Origin: Eledone cirrhosa
Taxonomy: Eukaryota
Direction: 5' to 3'
Length of the DNA stretch: 64,000 nt
Assembly (NCBI GenBank): GCA_964016885.1
Contig: OZ024743.1
Location: 273,668,001-273,732,000 of the forward strand
Shown in pieces: positions 11,856 to 26,242 of the stretch. How positions within the stretch are numbered: the stretch's first letter is position 1; each line of letters begins with the position of its first letter. The notes beneath the pieces are model-generated. The model saw nothing but the letters and a program-made list of their open reading frames with translations. It was not told the DNA's origin and did no database searches. The position numbers and the translations under genes were made by a program.

Positions 11856-12889
11856 TTGCTTATTTTAACCTTAAGACTACGTCCATGCTGGGTCACACAA
11901 TTCATCCGTCTCCTCTCAAACTGTTATGTATCTGTATGTGTGTAGAAAGAATGAACAGCTTTTCTTTCAAACAGACTGTATTAAAAACCGGCATATATAA
12001 TGTTATACTCCCTACTTGTTATCTGATTGATTTCGAAAACTAACTTTTCTAAATGTATATATGTATATAATATGGGACTTTACTGATGATAAGTTTAGAA
12101 TCTGTTCAATTGCCTGCTTCGTATTAGCCAGTCTGTGTATATATCCTGCGTCCTCTATAATCTTATATTGTACTCAGAAACTTAACTAAGATAGTAGAGC
12201 GGTTTGGAAATGTATACAATAGAGTTTGATACAAATGTCTATATTCATAAGGAAATAAGTACATTCCGTATAATTAACAATCGGTTATATCGAAAACAAA
12301 CACTATTTATTTGTAAATGTGTGTCAAAAGGAAAATTTCCCATTTGGTTCTCCATTAGACACTTTTCTATTTATTGCCATATAAAAACGTGAATTTGGCA
12401 CATCTTTTCATTTTGCATAAAACAAAGATGGTATCGCTGTATCAAACCCCAATGCATAGAAAATAAAATTGTTCTAATTTATTTTATGGCTATTTACTCC
12501 ACTGATGTATCGTAGTTTGTTGTCATAATATGAGTGTGGAATTGAAAAATCAAATTGAAAATATATGAAAGAAAATGTACCATCAATATTTATGCGACTT
12601 CTGTGGTATAAATGAGGTAACAGAGATGAACAGTTTTAAATACGAAATTGAAACCAGATTGTGAAACTGTTTGTTAAAACCTTTTTTGCTACTTGGACCT
12701 TTTTGTTTCGTTTTTAATGCTAAAAGATTTTTGTCATGCCCATATAGCCGAGAGAGTAATAGTAAATAAAATGTTGCTATGACCAACTATGAACAAGAAG
12801 CACCAGCGATAGCAAGGAAATAGAACTTATTAAGTAAGAGATTCAAAGAGAATGATCATTTAGGTTGGGTGGTTCTCGAGTTTTAGGGA

Positions 12890-12937
12890 TTCAAACTCAC
12901 ACACACACACATACATCCTCAGTTTTATATATATAGA
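12890..12937 (-). mobile_element. Helitron-like 5' terminus
   Basis: A|TCTATATATATAAAACTGAGGATGTATGTGTGTG, similar to the motif at 1521. Confidence 0.5.
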
Positions 12938-13013
12938 TGATAGTGCACATACTTAAATATGAAAAATTACGCGATGCCCCCCCCCCCCCCCCACAGCCCC
13001 GTCGGGCAGGATT

Positions 13014-13055
<42 letters not shown>

Positions 13056-13783
13056 ATGTGAGATAAAAGTCGGCATTGCCACACATCTCTCCATCTCTCT
13101 TGTCCATTTCTCTTGTTGTTTGAAAATCATGAAACTTGGGAATGCGGTAAAGTCATATTTTATTGTAGATAAACCTTCTTAGAGACTCAAAACCGCCAGA
13201 TGTACTCTTTTCTCATTCCAACATACGGTTTTATATATATTTTATTCAAATCGGCAGATTTAAGAAATTGCAAATGTTCTTTTATGTTAGCAGCAGAAAT
13301 AGGCCAATGAAAGTTTGGCGCGTTTTTTTCATCCACTCGGTTTGCCTCCTGACAAACAGAACCTCAGGTCAGTGTTGCCTCATCGTTGCAGGCTGTTTGT
13401 CGTATATTAGCAGCTTAGACATATTAAAGCTTGAACAATTAAGTGTAATGAGTCAAGTAAAATTGTTGATAGAGTATTTGAGGATCCATGAGGGAGGATT
13501 GGGTGATGTTGTTTTTGACATGGTTTGTGAAAGGAGATATGAAATAAGGTTTTATAAGGTGGTATTATGTATGTAGGTGAATGGGAGAGTTTTGGTATAT
13601 TATTCACCGATGTTTCGAAGTTACTATAAATTATTAAAAATAAATATTTCAGTTTAATTCAAAGAGGAAATTCTCTATTCACTTACAATTTTTATATATA
13701 AATGAAAATGTATGTGTATGCGCACACCTGAAAAATAGCGTTCGTTTAGCTTCTCCACAAAATGAATGGACCATTGCATAAAA

Positions 13784-13839
<56 letters not shown>

Positions 13840-13970
13840 CTGTGTGTGTGTGTGTGTGTGTGTGCGTGTGTGTGTGTGTATACCAAAATACGGTAAAGAG
13901 GCAGGCTGAGTGGTTACTGTAAACAAAGTGTAAGATGGTAGTAGGGACGTAAACAAGAGAAGATAAGTAG

Positions 13971-14005
<35 letters not shown>

Positions 14006-14128
14006 TAAGGTGTATAAATATATCTATACAGAGATATATAAGCCAGAGGGAAACTGAAACAACAAAGCAAACAGCACAGCACAATGCATAAATATATTAG
14101 TTTAATGCTTGATATAATAGAAAAAGTG

Positions 14129-14164
14129 TCTTAACGTTTCGGACATTAGTCCTTAATCAGAAGA
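14129..14164 (-). ncRNA. Degenerate minimal hammerhead motif
   Basis: UCUU-CUGAUUA-a-GGAC(uaau)GUCC-GAAACGUU-AAGA; G8 is mutated. Confidence 0.5.
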
Positions 14165-16589
14165 TTGAATGAGAAATAAAGATGAAATAGACAGAGAGAG
14201 AGAGTGTGTGTGAGAAGAGGAAGGAACGATAAACATTGTTTGGAGAAAAAAACATGTATGTGTTCAGTCAGCCATTTACGGGGGGAAATATATATGTGTG
14301 TTTATATGTATTCGATTATAATGATGATCATTAGTAATATAATAGCATTGAACTATGTTATTTAAAATGTTGCTGTGTTGAATATATTATGCTATATACA
14401 TATTATCGGTAACATAAATATTTATAAGTATTTATGTGTACAATCTATATTTGTGTCTAGCTTCAAGGGACAGAAAGACAGGTATATATCGAGTAATAAT
14501 CACAGAACGCTAAACCTGCTGTATCATCAATATATCTGACATTGTTATGGAAAGTTGAAATTTATATTCTTTTCTATTGGTTTCCTGTTCGGATCTGTCG
14601 AGAATCTCTTTTTTTTTTCTTTATTTTTCACTAGTCAGTAAAAAGTAAACTGGAGAAAAAATGTATTTGATACCTTCTAAGTTAAAGTTCTTGGGTTTAT
14701 ATTGTTTATTAACGTTTTTATTTATTTATTTGCTACATATCGGTTGTCAATTACGGTGTGTAAGATGTATTTCTCAAGTGACAGACACTACGTGGGGTGG
14801 AATGCTGAGATAGTTTATATAACATAGAAACACGAATCTCCAAAATAGGTTCCTTTTGGAATTGAGAAATACGCTTCAGGCAAACTGCTTTAACTATCAA
14901 GACAAACGTTATACAAAAGAAAACTTGTGATAATCTACGAAACGTTTGAGATGACAGTGAAGGATTCACAGTGTGAACAAACGTAAACGCCGTAATGAGT
15001 GAGTGGTGAAGAACTTCACTTCGCAATCATGAGTTTACTAGTTTAATATCGCTGTTTTACACTTTTGTCAAGTGATTTTACAATAACCTATGTTAGGCTT
15101 ATGTGTTTTGATTGTAATCGTACAAACGGAAATGTTGTACGATTTATCCTGTATTTTCAATAGCTCAGCATTGACACATAATGTCACACTGATTCTGCTC
15201 GGATTATGTCATGGTACATGTATTTGTGAAATATTCAACTATGAGATTTAATCTCGCTCGTAGGACGCTTAGTTGATTGAAACTGAATACTAATCCTCGA
15301 AAATAAGAGAGAACCCAGGAATTGCACCTATAAAGTATATTCTTCATTGGCGATTTACGTGAGTTGGGAAGGTCACGGGACATACTCGCTTAAAACAGTG
15401 TATACCGTATAATATCCGTCGACTGATATTGTTAGTGTCTCGTATATGGAAGTATATGTTCACCGCAAGCAATTTCTTTGATATCTGGGATAAATTCCTG
15501 TTATGTTTAGCCTACAAATGAGCGTTGAATTTCTTTACATGTTTGTATTAGTAGCCCTACCGCCACTTGTCATTCGTGTTTTAGTGTTGATTTTTTTTCA
15601 TATCGATAATGCGTTTGGTATAGTTACTATTGTTATTTATCTCTATGCCAATTCTGATCGATTTCTCCTACCTTCATAAATGTTTCAGCCATCTCTCCGA
15701 AGGTATTTGGGACTAAATTATCAAATGTATTCTTTCCATATTTAATTTAGAATCAGTTTTACTGAAATGCTGCTGATATGTTGTGTAAACCGAACAAACA
15801 CTGTGATGTTGGTCGCATTGTTATTTTTTATTTTAGTTTCTGTTAGTGATGGTTGTGTTTAGATGCATGTTCTCATCATAACCATCATATCAGAGGAATT
15901 GTTTTAGAAAAAGAGTCTCTAGGACAATATTGTCTTTTGTATTTAGTGTTGGAGCCGTTGTTGTTATTAACAGGGATTTTATTATGATATTAATATTATT
16001 AGTGTTAACGCCCAATCCAAGTTAGATTTGTCTTGTACATCGGGGCCCAAATAATAGGGGGGAATAAGCGGGATAGTTGAAGATTTGCTTAAACTCTTAT
16101 AAGCGGGGGAGTTGGAATAAACGAAGGGAATCGGTAATTGTATAGTGTACGTTCGTAAATATGGGTTTACCTATAATGTTCCTTTTTATTTTTGTCTTAT
16201 ATAATTTTTTCTTTAATATAAAATTATTTATATATTCTCTAGCAGTTGTATCAATATGAATCACTTACAATGACATTTCGCCTGAGATAGATTAGCAAAA
16301 TTTAATACGCGGGACTGGGGCCAGAGTGGAGGAAGGGTCTGAAAAGTTAATAAGCGGCAGAGAGGGGGGGGGCTTATTCAAGTCCTGAGAGTAGGCAGTG
16401 TTTCAAGGAACTAGATATGTTAACAGATCATTGGTCAAGATATAAAATATGTTGCATACTGTATGGATAGATTATGTAATATGATACACTATAGTTCATT
16501 GTTTCAAACATAGTTTACGTTTTACTATTTATAAGGTGTGTCGAAATGGTAACCGAAGAATTACTTGGCGTTAAATTCGCTAATACCCT

Positions 16590-16960
16590 TTGAAATATAT
16601 CTTTTCCCTCTTCACAAACCTCTGGACTGCTACTGTAGGAATGATTCACCTCAGCCGCCGCAATCCTCATGAGGTCTAGGCTCTCAAGGAAGTCAGGTAG
16701 CGTCATGTCTGGAGACCAGGGAGCCTAGCGAATGAGCGAAATATTTTACTTTGTGAAGACTTCTTAGATAAACTGTGATGAACGAGCGAGAGTGTTGTCA
16801 TAGTCTCGCTATCGCTTTCTGCAAGGCCAGTTGGTCCGGGTTCTTTTCTTGAACTCCATCATAAAGATGCCACAGATAATAGTTTACCAGGACTTTTTGT
16901 ATGTTTTATTCGAGCATGATTTGAGGCTTTGATACATTTCAGTCATTTCCTGACAACATT
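16590..16960 (-). pseudogene. Degraded mariner-type transposase fragment
   Basis: Translation YDNTLARSSQFI*EVFTK*NISLIR*APWSPDMTLPDF matches mariner HDNAPAH...APYSPD.AP.DF, with in-frame stops. Confidence 0.6.
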
Positions 16961-18150
16961 ATCAAGTGTATTTATTTCTAAGAATTGGTTTTACGAGAGT
17001 GGCATTTAGCTTGTTTTTAATCTATCATGTTTTCTCTATGGTTTCTGTATTCGTGTAAAGTCTACTTTGCTGAATCACCGTTGATGATGTCTGGCATGTT
17101 ATTGCTGGTAGTAATAAGGTTGTCTATTAGAAAAATCTGTACTCGAAGACATTTTAGCCATGAGAGCCCTTTATATTTAAAGGGCATGAAAACTGCAATT
17201 TTCCTATAACATATGTAATTTATCTTGTGTAAGATGGCAAGCTGTGTCTAGAGAAATATGTGACAATATATGATTCTTAGTTGGTTAACATAATGTCACC
17301 TCTCCCTATAGTCCCTGTTGTTGAAGTTGCTGTTGTTATAGTTGTTTAATTCCAGTGCAACACAGATCGCACGTTTGTATAGAGTGAAAATTGTAGATAT
17401 ATAATCTTTCTGAGCCGAGACCATGTGGCCAGATTCAATACCTGCCTAAACCAATTATGCTTTTTCTAACGTTTCGCGCTAGGAAATATGTGAACATGAC
17501 AATTACCGTTTCTCCAAGCTAAATTATTGCGTTAAATATAATCTTTTGTATTTGTCGTTTTTGTTTATGTAGATATTGCTTTCACATCCTTTCATTGAGA
17601 ATAGTTATCAATAGCCATATTGGTAACAGAATCTAGTTTTGCCATTCATTCAATTACAGTGCTGAGATAAAAATTTGAAGAAAAGTACAACAAACAAAAT
17701 AAAAATAAAATAATCTAGTATTAGAATCACCATAATTATCGGTTTGAACGTGTAAAAATTGCTTCAGGGATACCTATATCTTTTGTTTTCGATAATGCTT
17801 TTTAAAAAAAAAAACAGTAACAGCCATAACACATGATAAGGTGTAGTTATGTGTGAAGATGTAGGAGACTGTTTTGTGTATATATGTGTGGTAATCAAAA
17901 TTGTTATCATCAAAGTAGAGAGAAATTTAATTAACAGATGAATACTGTCTTTTTCATTCTTACAATCCCATTAATGAGAATGAACCTACACACCTCTCCC
18001 CCGCCTCCTTTTGTTCTAATTATACATACATTATGTATAATATATCAAAACGTTTACACTATAATGATGGATCTATGTCCACGAATACACACATAAACAC
18101 ACGCTCACACACGCTCCCAAACACACACACACACACCCATACCCCCCACA

Positions 18151-18245
<95 letters not shown>

Positions 18246-19499
18246 AGATAAATCTACCAAAATAAACGGTAGTGTCCAATTCGAAGAACTCAATGTAAAC
18301 CAAATATAGAAGATATCATAAAATGAGAAAATGCATTCAAAATTTAGCGATAAGAATCATAGGAAAACAGAGTGAAGATAAATTAATAAAAAGAATGAAA
18401 AAGAAAACAAAGAAAAGGTTCCTTATATTGAAAAAAAATCATCATTTTACGATCGTTTCTGGGATATATATGTGTGTTGGTATGTATATCATATTAAAGA
18501 TCTATGTAAAAAAATATTACAAATTATCAGAGGAGATATACATACCTTCACCTATATATGCAAATGGAATGCAAATACCAAAGAGGTATAGAGCTTGACC
18601 TGATATTTTACGAGTTATAAATCGTGATGTCTTGTTTCCAGATCCAAATTTCGTACATGACAAGTTCGTCTTTCCTATTTTTATATCAAGGAAAGATTGT
18701 TTTGGCATTGATTCAAACTTTCAAGTTCATGATTTGCCTTTTTTTTTATTTTAAGACCGTAATGTATCGCGATTTTATGAGCAACACTATTTGGCTTGAT
18801 TTCAGTGTGAATATGGCAACCTTTCTTGATGCCACAAATCTGCAACATATTTATGTTTGAATTTGCCTTCATGATATGCATCATATGTTGTGTGTTACTG
18901 TTGTTTAGCACAAAGTCGGTTCTGAATGAGAAGGCTTAAAGCAAAAGGGTTTCGAGGCTTGGCCAACTCGTTCTATTTTAAGATATTGAGTAATCTGGAG
19001 TATATTGAGACATTTCGTTTTATTTTTAAGGTTGTAACCTGCAATTGAAGAGATATTTATGTGCTAATTCTAGTTGTTAATGTAGAGAAGACATGATATG
19101 TTATTTCGCAAGGTGTTGAATGCTTTCATTAAATGCATCATAAATATGAGAATGTCAATTAGATTTCACAAGTTACAGCAGGAGTAGTTTTAATTTTCAG
19201 TGCACATATACTGATTAGATCCACTTAATTATCTGGTAGGGTGCCAGATTAAAACCTGCAGTTCCGTCTCCCTTCTTTCTCAATTTAATTATCAACTGAT
19301 CCAGTTGTTGCTTTCTTGACACTGTAGTTGATAAATAGATGCGTATAAATAATACCTAACACTAAACACATATATACGTTGTATTGAATTCAGAACACAT
19401 ATATACCTCCATCACACCCAATATGGAAACATTATTCGAATTAATTAAAGAAACTTAAATATGCAAATTAGCCTGTAAAACGTTATTTTAATGAAACAT

Positions 19500-20630
19500 G
19501 AAGTAGGCTTTTAGTATTTTGAACCTAAGATCAATCATCTACTCTTCATGGATGATCGGAAGCTCTTTGGCAGAAACATACCTCAGGTTCACTCACTGGC
19601 CCAAACTGTCCACTGGTGTTGCGAGGATATTGGAAAGGAGAATGTTATCCCAAAGGTTGCCACCCTAACTATGTAGAGGGCTAAGCATGTACGTAGTGGG
19701 AGAATAAGTTAACTGATAGAATGGTCGATTGGTGACCCTGAGTATAGTGCCTACAAATATCTGGGAATTTTGGAGCTTGACAAAGTTATAAAGGAGAAAA
19801 TGAGAGGAAATGTAAAGGAAGTCTATCCAAATAGGTTGAGGGGGCTACTGAAAAAAAGAATTGCTATCAATGTGTGGGGCGTGCCAGTTATTAGATAGTA
19901 GATAGGTTGAATAGGCTAACGCGTATGACAATGGTTGACAATGATGTATTACAATTAAATGCAAATATTATCAAGGTCTGTACCCTACGGAACGTAAGAA
20001 GTCCAGGACTTGTGAATGTGAAAGATTGCGTAGCTTACGAATTCAGGTCCTTAGACTCGTATTTGGTCTGTTTTAAAGAAATATTAAGGCATGTTTCCAA
20101 AAGCAGAGACCTGTGCATTGATGCCATTACCAGTAAATAAAATACCAACAGAGGCTGCTTCCTGAGAGACTAAACACAAGGGAGAATGACATAGTCACTT
20201 TCAAAAAGGAAGTAAAATTAGGCTCTTTATTGAATTGGTTGCCAAAAGATGATCTTAAGAAAAAGCACTGGAAAACAAAGTCGATAAGGAATATGTATAA
20301 CAAAGATGATGAAACAAATAAGTGTAGGTTATGTGGAGAGACGTTGGAAAGTGTGATCCACATCGTGAAAGACTGGGACATACTTGTGCCGAGTGAATAT
20401 AAAAGGTGTAACGATAAAGTGTGCTTACACCTCCATTGGTCTTTATGCAAGAAATATGGGTTTGCAGCGACTGAGAAATTCTATCAGCATTCATCAAACA
20501 GTGTCCAAGAAAATCAGACTGTGAAACAATTGTGGGACCTTACAATCTAGACAGAGGTCTTGAAAATACAAAGCTAGACATCAATTTAGTGGAGAAATGT
20601 ACAGAAAGGAAGGTGTTTGTTGATCGATGG
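19500..20630 (+). mobile_element. Highly degraded R4/Dong-clade non-LTR retrotransposon fragment
   Basis: KINHLLFMDDRKLFG at ~19527, YKYLGILE, and CRLCGETLESVIHIV...LHWSLCKKYG...LWD; many stops and frameshifts. Confidence 0.8.
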
Positions 20631-20764
20631 ACTTGTGTATATATATGTATACTGTTTTTTCTTTTTTTAATTATAATCAATGTGCTGTATTAACTGTGCA
20701 CACTGTGAATTTATTTGCCCCAGGTGTCAGGAAGACACACAGCTTATATCTCAGAAACAATAAT

Positions 20765-20951
20765 TGTTTCTACTTTTGGCACAAGGCCAGCAATTACCCA
20801 GTGTATTACTGGTACTTTATTTTATCGACCCCATAAGGATGAAAGGCAAAGTTAACCTCGGCGGGATTTGAACTCAGAATGGCAAGGGCCGTAACTCTAT
20901 GCGTCAAAGCATGGCGTCCGACCCTCTACCGATACTGCCAATCCACTGGCC
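20765..20951 (-). mobile_element. Full-length tRNA-derived SINE with 19-bp TSD
   Basis: A-box TGGCAGTATCGG, B-box GAGTTCAAATCC; TSD atatctcagaaacaataat at 20746-20764 and 20952-20970. Confidence 0.92.
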
Positions 20952-20984
20952 ATATCTCAGAAACAATAATGAAAGAAAATTATG

Positions 20985-21039
20985 ATAATAATAATAATAA
21001 TAATAATAATAATATAATAATAATAATAATAATAATAAT
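20985..21039. repeat. (AAT)n array at the Tx1 3' junction
   Basis: Direct reading. Confidence 0.95.
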
Positions 21040-24000
21040 GCTTTCTTTATTAACCACATGGGTTTACATAAAGTAGACATTAAGGACAGTACAGGACAAT
21101 ACAGGACGGTACAAATGGGCATTTCTGCGTGTAAAAAAAACAGAGGATGTAATAAAAAAAATAACAATGAAAAATTCCCAATAGGGGGCAGACTTCCGAG
21201 GGACATTTGTGGAGAAAGCCCATTAAAATGCCACAGTGACCCTGACCACCAGGGCAAGTGCCCTCTCCCAGTTTTCCACCTTTAATTTACAGACAGATGG
21301 CCCATTCACACGGGCCATACTTGCTTCTCTCACACATCTTTCAACAAAATGCTGAGAGAGCACTTCCCTCTCTACCCTGATTTTCCTTTTCAAATGAAAT
21401 TTGAAAAGGTTAATCAGGGCATCAACGAAGAGGTAAGTGCTCGTCTTCAGCCCTTTCAAACGTGTCCACCATACTATCTCTTTCGCGATAGCCACCAGAC
21501 AGATAAAAACTGCCTGCCCTTCCCGGCTAAAGGAAGAGGGCGGGGCAATCCTCACGATGGACCCAGCTGATAGCCGGATCCGTCCTACACGTGACAGCAG
21601 GTGTTCGACATAAACCCACAAGTCAGCAATGCTCGGACACTGGACGAGTGCGTGCAGGACGGTTTCGTCGCCCTGCGCGCATCTCGGACATGCGCGGCTA
21701 ACGGCACCTCCATGCCTGTAGAGTTTATTCCGAACTGGCAAAGCTCCCCGGTAGCACTGCCAGGCCAGGGGGATTTCTGGAAATTGTCCATAGGCCCCGG
21801 CCCGAAAGTCCTTCCGAGGAGATTGGCTAGTTGATTTTCGTCGACGCCTAGAATTTCTCCAAGTACATCGTCGCTCTTCCCCTCCACTAATCCTCTATAG
21901 AACGCCAAGGTGGAGTTTCCACCGATCACATTGGCCCATTGGTCGAGGGCTGTGAGCGCCTGAAGCCATTCCAGTCTCCAAGCGCTCCCTCTCGGTCTTC
22001 GCTTGACCCAGGACTGCAGCTCCGTCAAGGAGAGGAGCTGGGGAAAGACGTGTCTAGCAAACGGCGAACACACCTGATCACCGGCGAGGAAGAGGTGGAG
22101 TTGTCGTAGTCTGAGCGCGTGTCTACGCATCATCAGCCACGACATGCCCAGCCCTCCATGTAGCGGGTGTTGAAAGCAGATAGACCGCCTGACCATCGGA
22201 GCGCGTCCCTTCCGCAAAAAGCGAAAGAGCAAACGCTCCAACGCAGTCAGGCGGGGTTTAGGACAAGGTACGACGGTCAAGCGGTAGTAGACGACGAACG
22301 TGATGTACGCTTTAGCCTCCTCCGCTCGACCTTTCAGGCATAGCTTCCTCTCCGCCCATTTCTGGGTGAGAGAAGCCACCCTGCTCGTCACCTCGTCCCA
22401 GTTTTTGCCCGCCTGGAGGTCCGGACCGAACCAGACCCCTAGCAATTTAACCGGTCCGTCCGTCCTGCGCCCGACGACGCTGTTGGTCGGCATGGACCTG
22501 TCTCTCCAGGTGCCGAGCTGCAGGCCCACTGACTTTTCCAGGGTGATCATTGCTCCTGTCACCGCTTCGTATTCTCTTAGTGTAGTGCCGATCGCCTCGA
22601 TGTGTTTGACGTTCGACAACACTACGGTAACATCGTCCGCATATGCTGACACGGATATTCCGCATCCTAGTTCGCGCGGGACCCCCCTCAACGTCTCCAG
22701 TTTGTGCAGTAATGGCTCGAGAGTCAATACGAACAAGAGGGACGAGAGGGGATGTTGAACGATTCCGAATGGTGACCGTTCACTCTCACCACAGAGCAGA
22801 TGTCGCTGTGCATGGCAGCGATTCAGCCTCTGAAGACGGGCCCAAAGCCAGCCGCCCTCAGGACTGCCGCTAGGTAACGATGGTCGACCCTATCGAAAGC
22901 TTTCGACTGATCTAAATTGATCAAGGACCCACCGGTACCAGGTTCCCTAGCTACCCTCTCTACGATGTATCGCATGAGGTGGAGGTTGTCGTGGATGGAT
23001 CTGTCGGGAATTGCGCACGTCTGCGCCTCTCCCACCAGACCACCAACGACAAGCGCCAACCTCTTTGCTAGCACCTTGGCCAAAATCTTGAACTCTGTGT
23101 TTAGCAGAGTTATAGGCCTGAAATTATCTAAAGTATCCCCCTTGTTCGGATCCATTCTCAGCAGCGCCACAGCTCCTCGGCTCACAGAACTGGAAATTCT
23201 CCCGTTCTGTTGCCAGTTGCAGTAGACGTCCGCCAAGAGGACTCCTAACAAGTCTGGCATATGTACGTAAAGTTCATAGGGCAGACCATCCAAACCAGAC
23301 GATTTACCCCTTGTGCAGCCAGTCATTGCCTCCCGTACTTCAGCGGCTGTTATCGGCTTTTCGCAACACTCCGCCTCAGTGACCGAGAGCCGCGGCAGTC
23401 CGTTGAGGTAGACACTATAGCCTATCCCTCGATTCGGCCCGCCACTGCTCCCGAAAAGCTGTGCGGAGTGTCGCTGAAAAGCTTCACACATTTGCCCGGG
23501 ATCGAGTAGCATGAGCCCGTCGTGGTCCACCAAAGGCCGGATCGTGGCTTTATTGCCACGACGCGCCTCCGCCACTCAGGCCCATTGAACGGCTTTCGTC
23601 CCCTCGTGTCTGAGAGCACGCACCCTAGCTCTGACAACGCAGCCTTCGTGCTTTGCATTGAATAATTGGTCAAGGGCCAATTTCGCCGAAAGTACGTCGG
23701 TCGCGATGCCTTTGCTAAGCGCCTCGTCTAATTTTCTAACTAATTCTCCCTCTGCTCTATTTTTCTCTATTGCTAAAGACTTACTAAACCTAATGGACTC
23801 TATTCTAATTGCTCTTTTCAGAGCAAACCACCTCTTGTTGTTGACGACGGCCTCCGTCAACGCCCGCTTAACTAGTTCGCTAATCCGGTCTCTGTAGGCC
23901 TTGCGCGCTGGTAAAGACGAGTTTAGCTTCCAGTAGCCGGGTCTTCGTCTATGAAGCCTATCTAAGTGAAGCACACAGATCACGAATTTGTGGTCCGTCT

Positions 24001-24895
24001 AGCTGACTATCTTGAATTGTGGACAGCCTATGCTAGACCTATCTATTTCCCTACAAAATACTCTATCTAAATATAATCTGGATTACCCTATGCCATTTGT
24101 CCAAGTCAATATTGGCACATTCGGGAAATCCAATCTGTACCTGTCAGACAGTTCAAAACGCCTGAGCAGGTTGGTGAGACTCTTGCACCCTCCTCCCCTA
24201 TCCGCTAATCCCACACAGTCCCAGCGTGCATCTAAGATCCCATTCCAGTCGCCCACTAACACTAATGAGCGGGACGTTCCAAGAAAGGTCTCCAGACGCC
24301 GGAAGAAATCAGGCCGCCCTGCCCTTGTCGGGGCATAGACGGCCACTAACTTGAAAGCTTGCCCGTCTCCGCTGGTCACGTCCAGCACCACCAACTTACC
24401 TTCTTGGTCCAAGAAGTTGGCAAGATCCAAACCTCTCCGAAAAAACACAGCAACTCCTCCCCCGATCCCGGACGGCTGGGAGATGCGTACACATCGTAGC
24501 CGCCAAATATCGGTGCGAAGGCCCGTGCTTCGGAGATTCAGGTCTTGCTGATAGCCATTACATCTATGTTTAGTGACCTGAGGTCATTGAGCAGGTGGCC
24601 CTGCTTCCATGACGACCCCAAGCCACGCATATTTATACTGCCTATCTGAGTGAGGTCATGTTGAAATGGAGTGGAAAAGATGGGAAAGACCACTTACCTT
24701 ACTTCTCGTAGAGGAAGGACGGTTTCTCCATCCTTTTCACTGCTTGTGGCCTCCTCAGGAAGGATGTCCTTATAAATCCTCCTGGAGAGTGCTTGTCGGA
24801 ATCTCCGATGTCTTTGGGGAATTTTTGTTTTAGTATCATGTACGTTTTCTGTGTGATGCGAGTGATTTGTATGTGTGGAGGTGGTGTGAAATTTT
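21040..24895 (-). mobile_element. Tx1/L1-clade non-LTR retrotransposon, 5'-truncated in ORF1
   Basis: GC-rich block; probable ORF1 tail at ~24695-24890; ORF2 with APE, RT and zinc knuckle; 3' AATAAA followed by (ATT)n. Confidence 0.9.
21223..24659 (-). pseudogene. Tx1/L1 ORF2 (APE endonuclease, RT, CCHC), disrupted
   Basis: IGSINMRGL, VYAP, GDWN, GYWKLN, GLDGLPYE, FRPITLLN, LDQSKAFDRVDH, AYADD, CPRC...H...C; stops and frameshifts; the RQGC motif is deleted near 22750. Confidence 0.9.
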
Positions 24896-26186
24896 GTATG
24901 GGAGGTGGTTGATGCTCCCACCAATTCTTTTGATGGGGCAGGTCAAAATGCTTACACATTATCCAATGTACATAATGCTTACACATTATCCAATTTTTTG
25001 TTGGCATTATCCAATGTACATAATGCTTACACATTATCCAATGTACAAAATGCTTACACATTATCCAATTTTTTGTTGGCAGACACTGATCTTGTGCCGA
25101 TATAATCAGTCCTTCAGTCTCCGATTTCAGTCCAGAGGATGCCAACCACTGATGGGTTAAAGTTTTGTCAACATCAGGATTGTTAGTTCGCTCTGGGTAT
25201 TTTCCATACAGAGGCTTTTCTTGCCATTTCTTAGCCAGTTTCTGTAGCAGTTCTTTCTTTGCAGTTACTTTTACCTGCTTTGCTTTTTCTGTGTTTTCCA
25301 TTTCAGCAGTAAATGGGACTTTTGAAATTTGTAGTCCATTACTGTATCTTTGTGCATCTTTTGTAATGGAATATGATCTTTTGGTGCTTTCGTGTTTCAA
25401 AACGAGTTTGATCATCCAATCATGTGATTCCCTTAGATATGTGGATAATCCAATTGTTGCAGTTTTCAACGCAATGTCTAACTGGATTAACCCACGTCAT
25501 CCTTCTTTCCTAGGGAGATATATTCTATCTATGTCTGCCTTAGGGTGATGCATTCTGTGCATGGTTAAGAATTTTCGGATTTTTGTATCGAGCCTACGGA
25601 TCTCTGTGCTTGACCAGTTGATGACATTGTAACTGTAGGTTACTACTGGTAGGGCAAGCGTGTTTATGGCATCGATCCTATTCCGTGCATTCAATTCCGT
25701 TCTTAAGATTGCTCTGACTCTGCGGTAACATTCCTTCCTTATCCTTTCCCTCATTGTCGAGTGCTTGATTCCGTCTCCTTCACAAACACCTAGATATTTG
25801 TAAGTTTGTTCTTGATCAAGCTCTCTTATCACGTTCCCCCGATCAAGATTAATGTCTGAACTCTTCAGAAGCTTTCCTCTGGTGAACGTTGCTTTGGTGC
25901 ATTGATCCAGTCCAAACTCCATTTTAATGTCATCACTGAACTGCTACACAGTGGATAATAGCCCTTGCAATTGTTCATCATTTTTTGCAAATAGTTTCAG
26001 GTCATCCATGTAGAACAGGTGATTAATGGTTTTGTCATAGACTCTATATCCATGTTTTGTTTCATTGAGCATTTTACTTAATGGTATAAGTGCGATGCAG
26101 AATAAAAGCGGTGATAAAGAGTCACCCTGAAAAATTCCACAATTAATGTTAACTTCTCCAGCTTCCAGTGATTTTGTTTCACTATT
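24896..26186 (-). mobile_element. Truncated second copy (A') of R4/Dong family A
   Basis: Near-identical to ~26770-28108 (QGDSLSP, YMDD, YKYLG); stops; lacks both the CCHC and RLE regions. Confidence 0.93.
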
Positions 26187-26199
26187 ATTATTATTATTA

Positions 26200-26241
<42 letters not shown>
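26183..26241. repeat. (TAA)n array (minus strand) joining A and A'
   Basis: Direct reading. Confidence 0.95.

Positions 26242-26242
<1 letters not shown>

Noticed and set aside
20765-20951. tRNA gene
   Set aside because: A and B boxes are present, but there is no cloverleaf; it has a SINE body, tail, TSD and multiple copies
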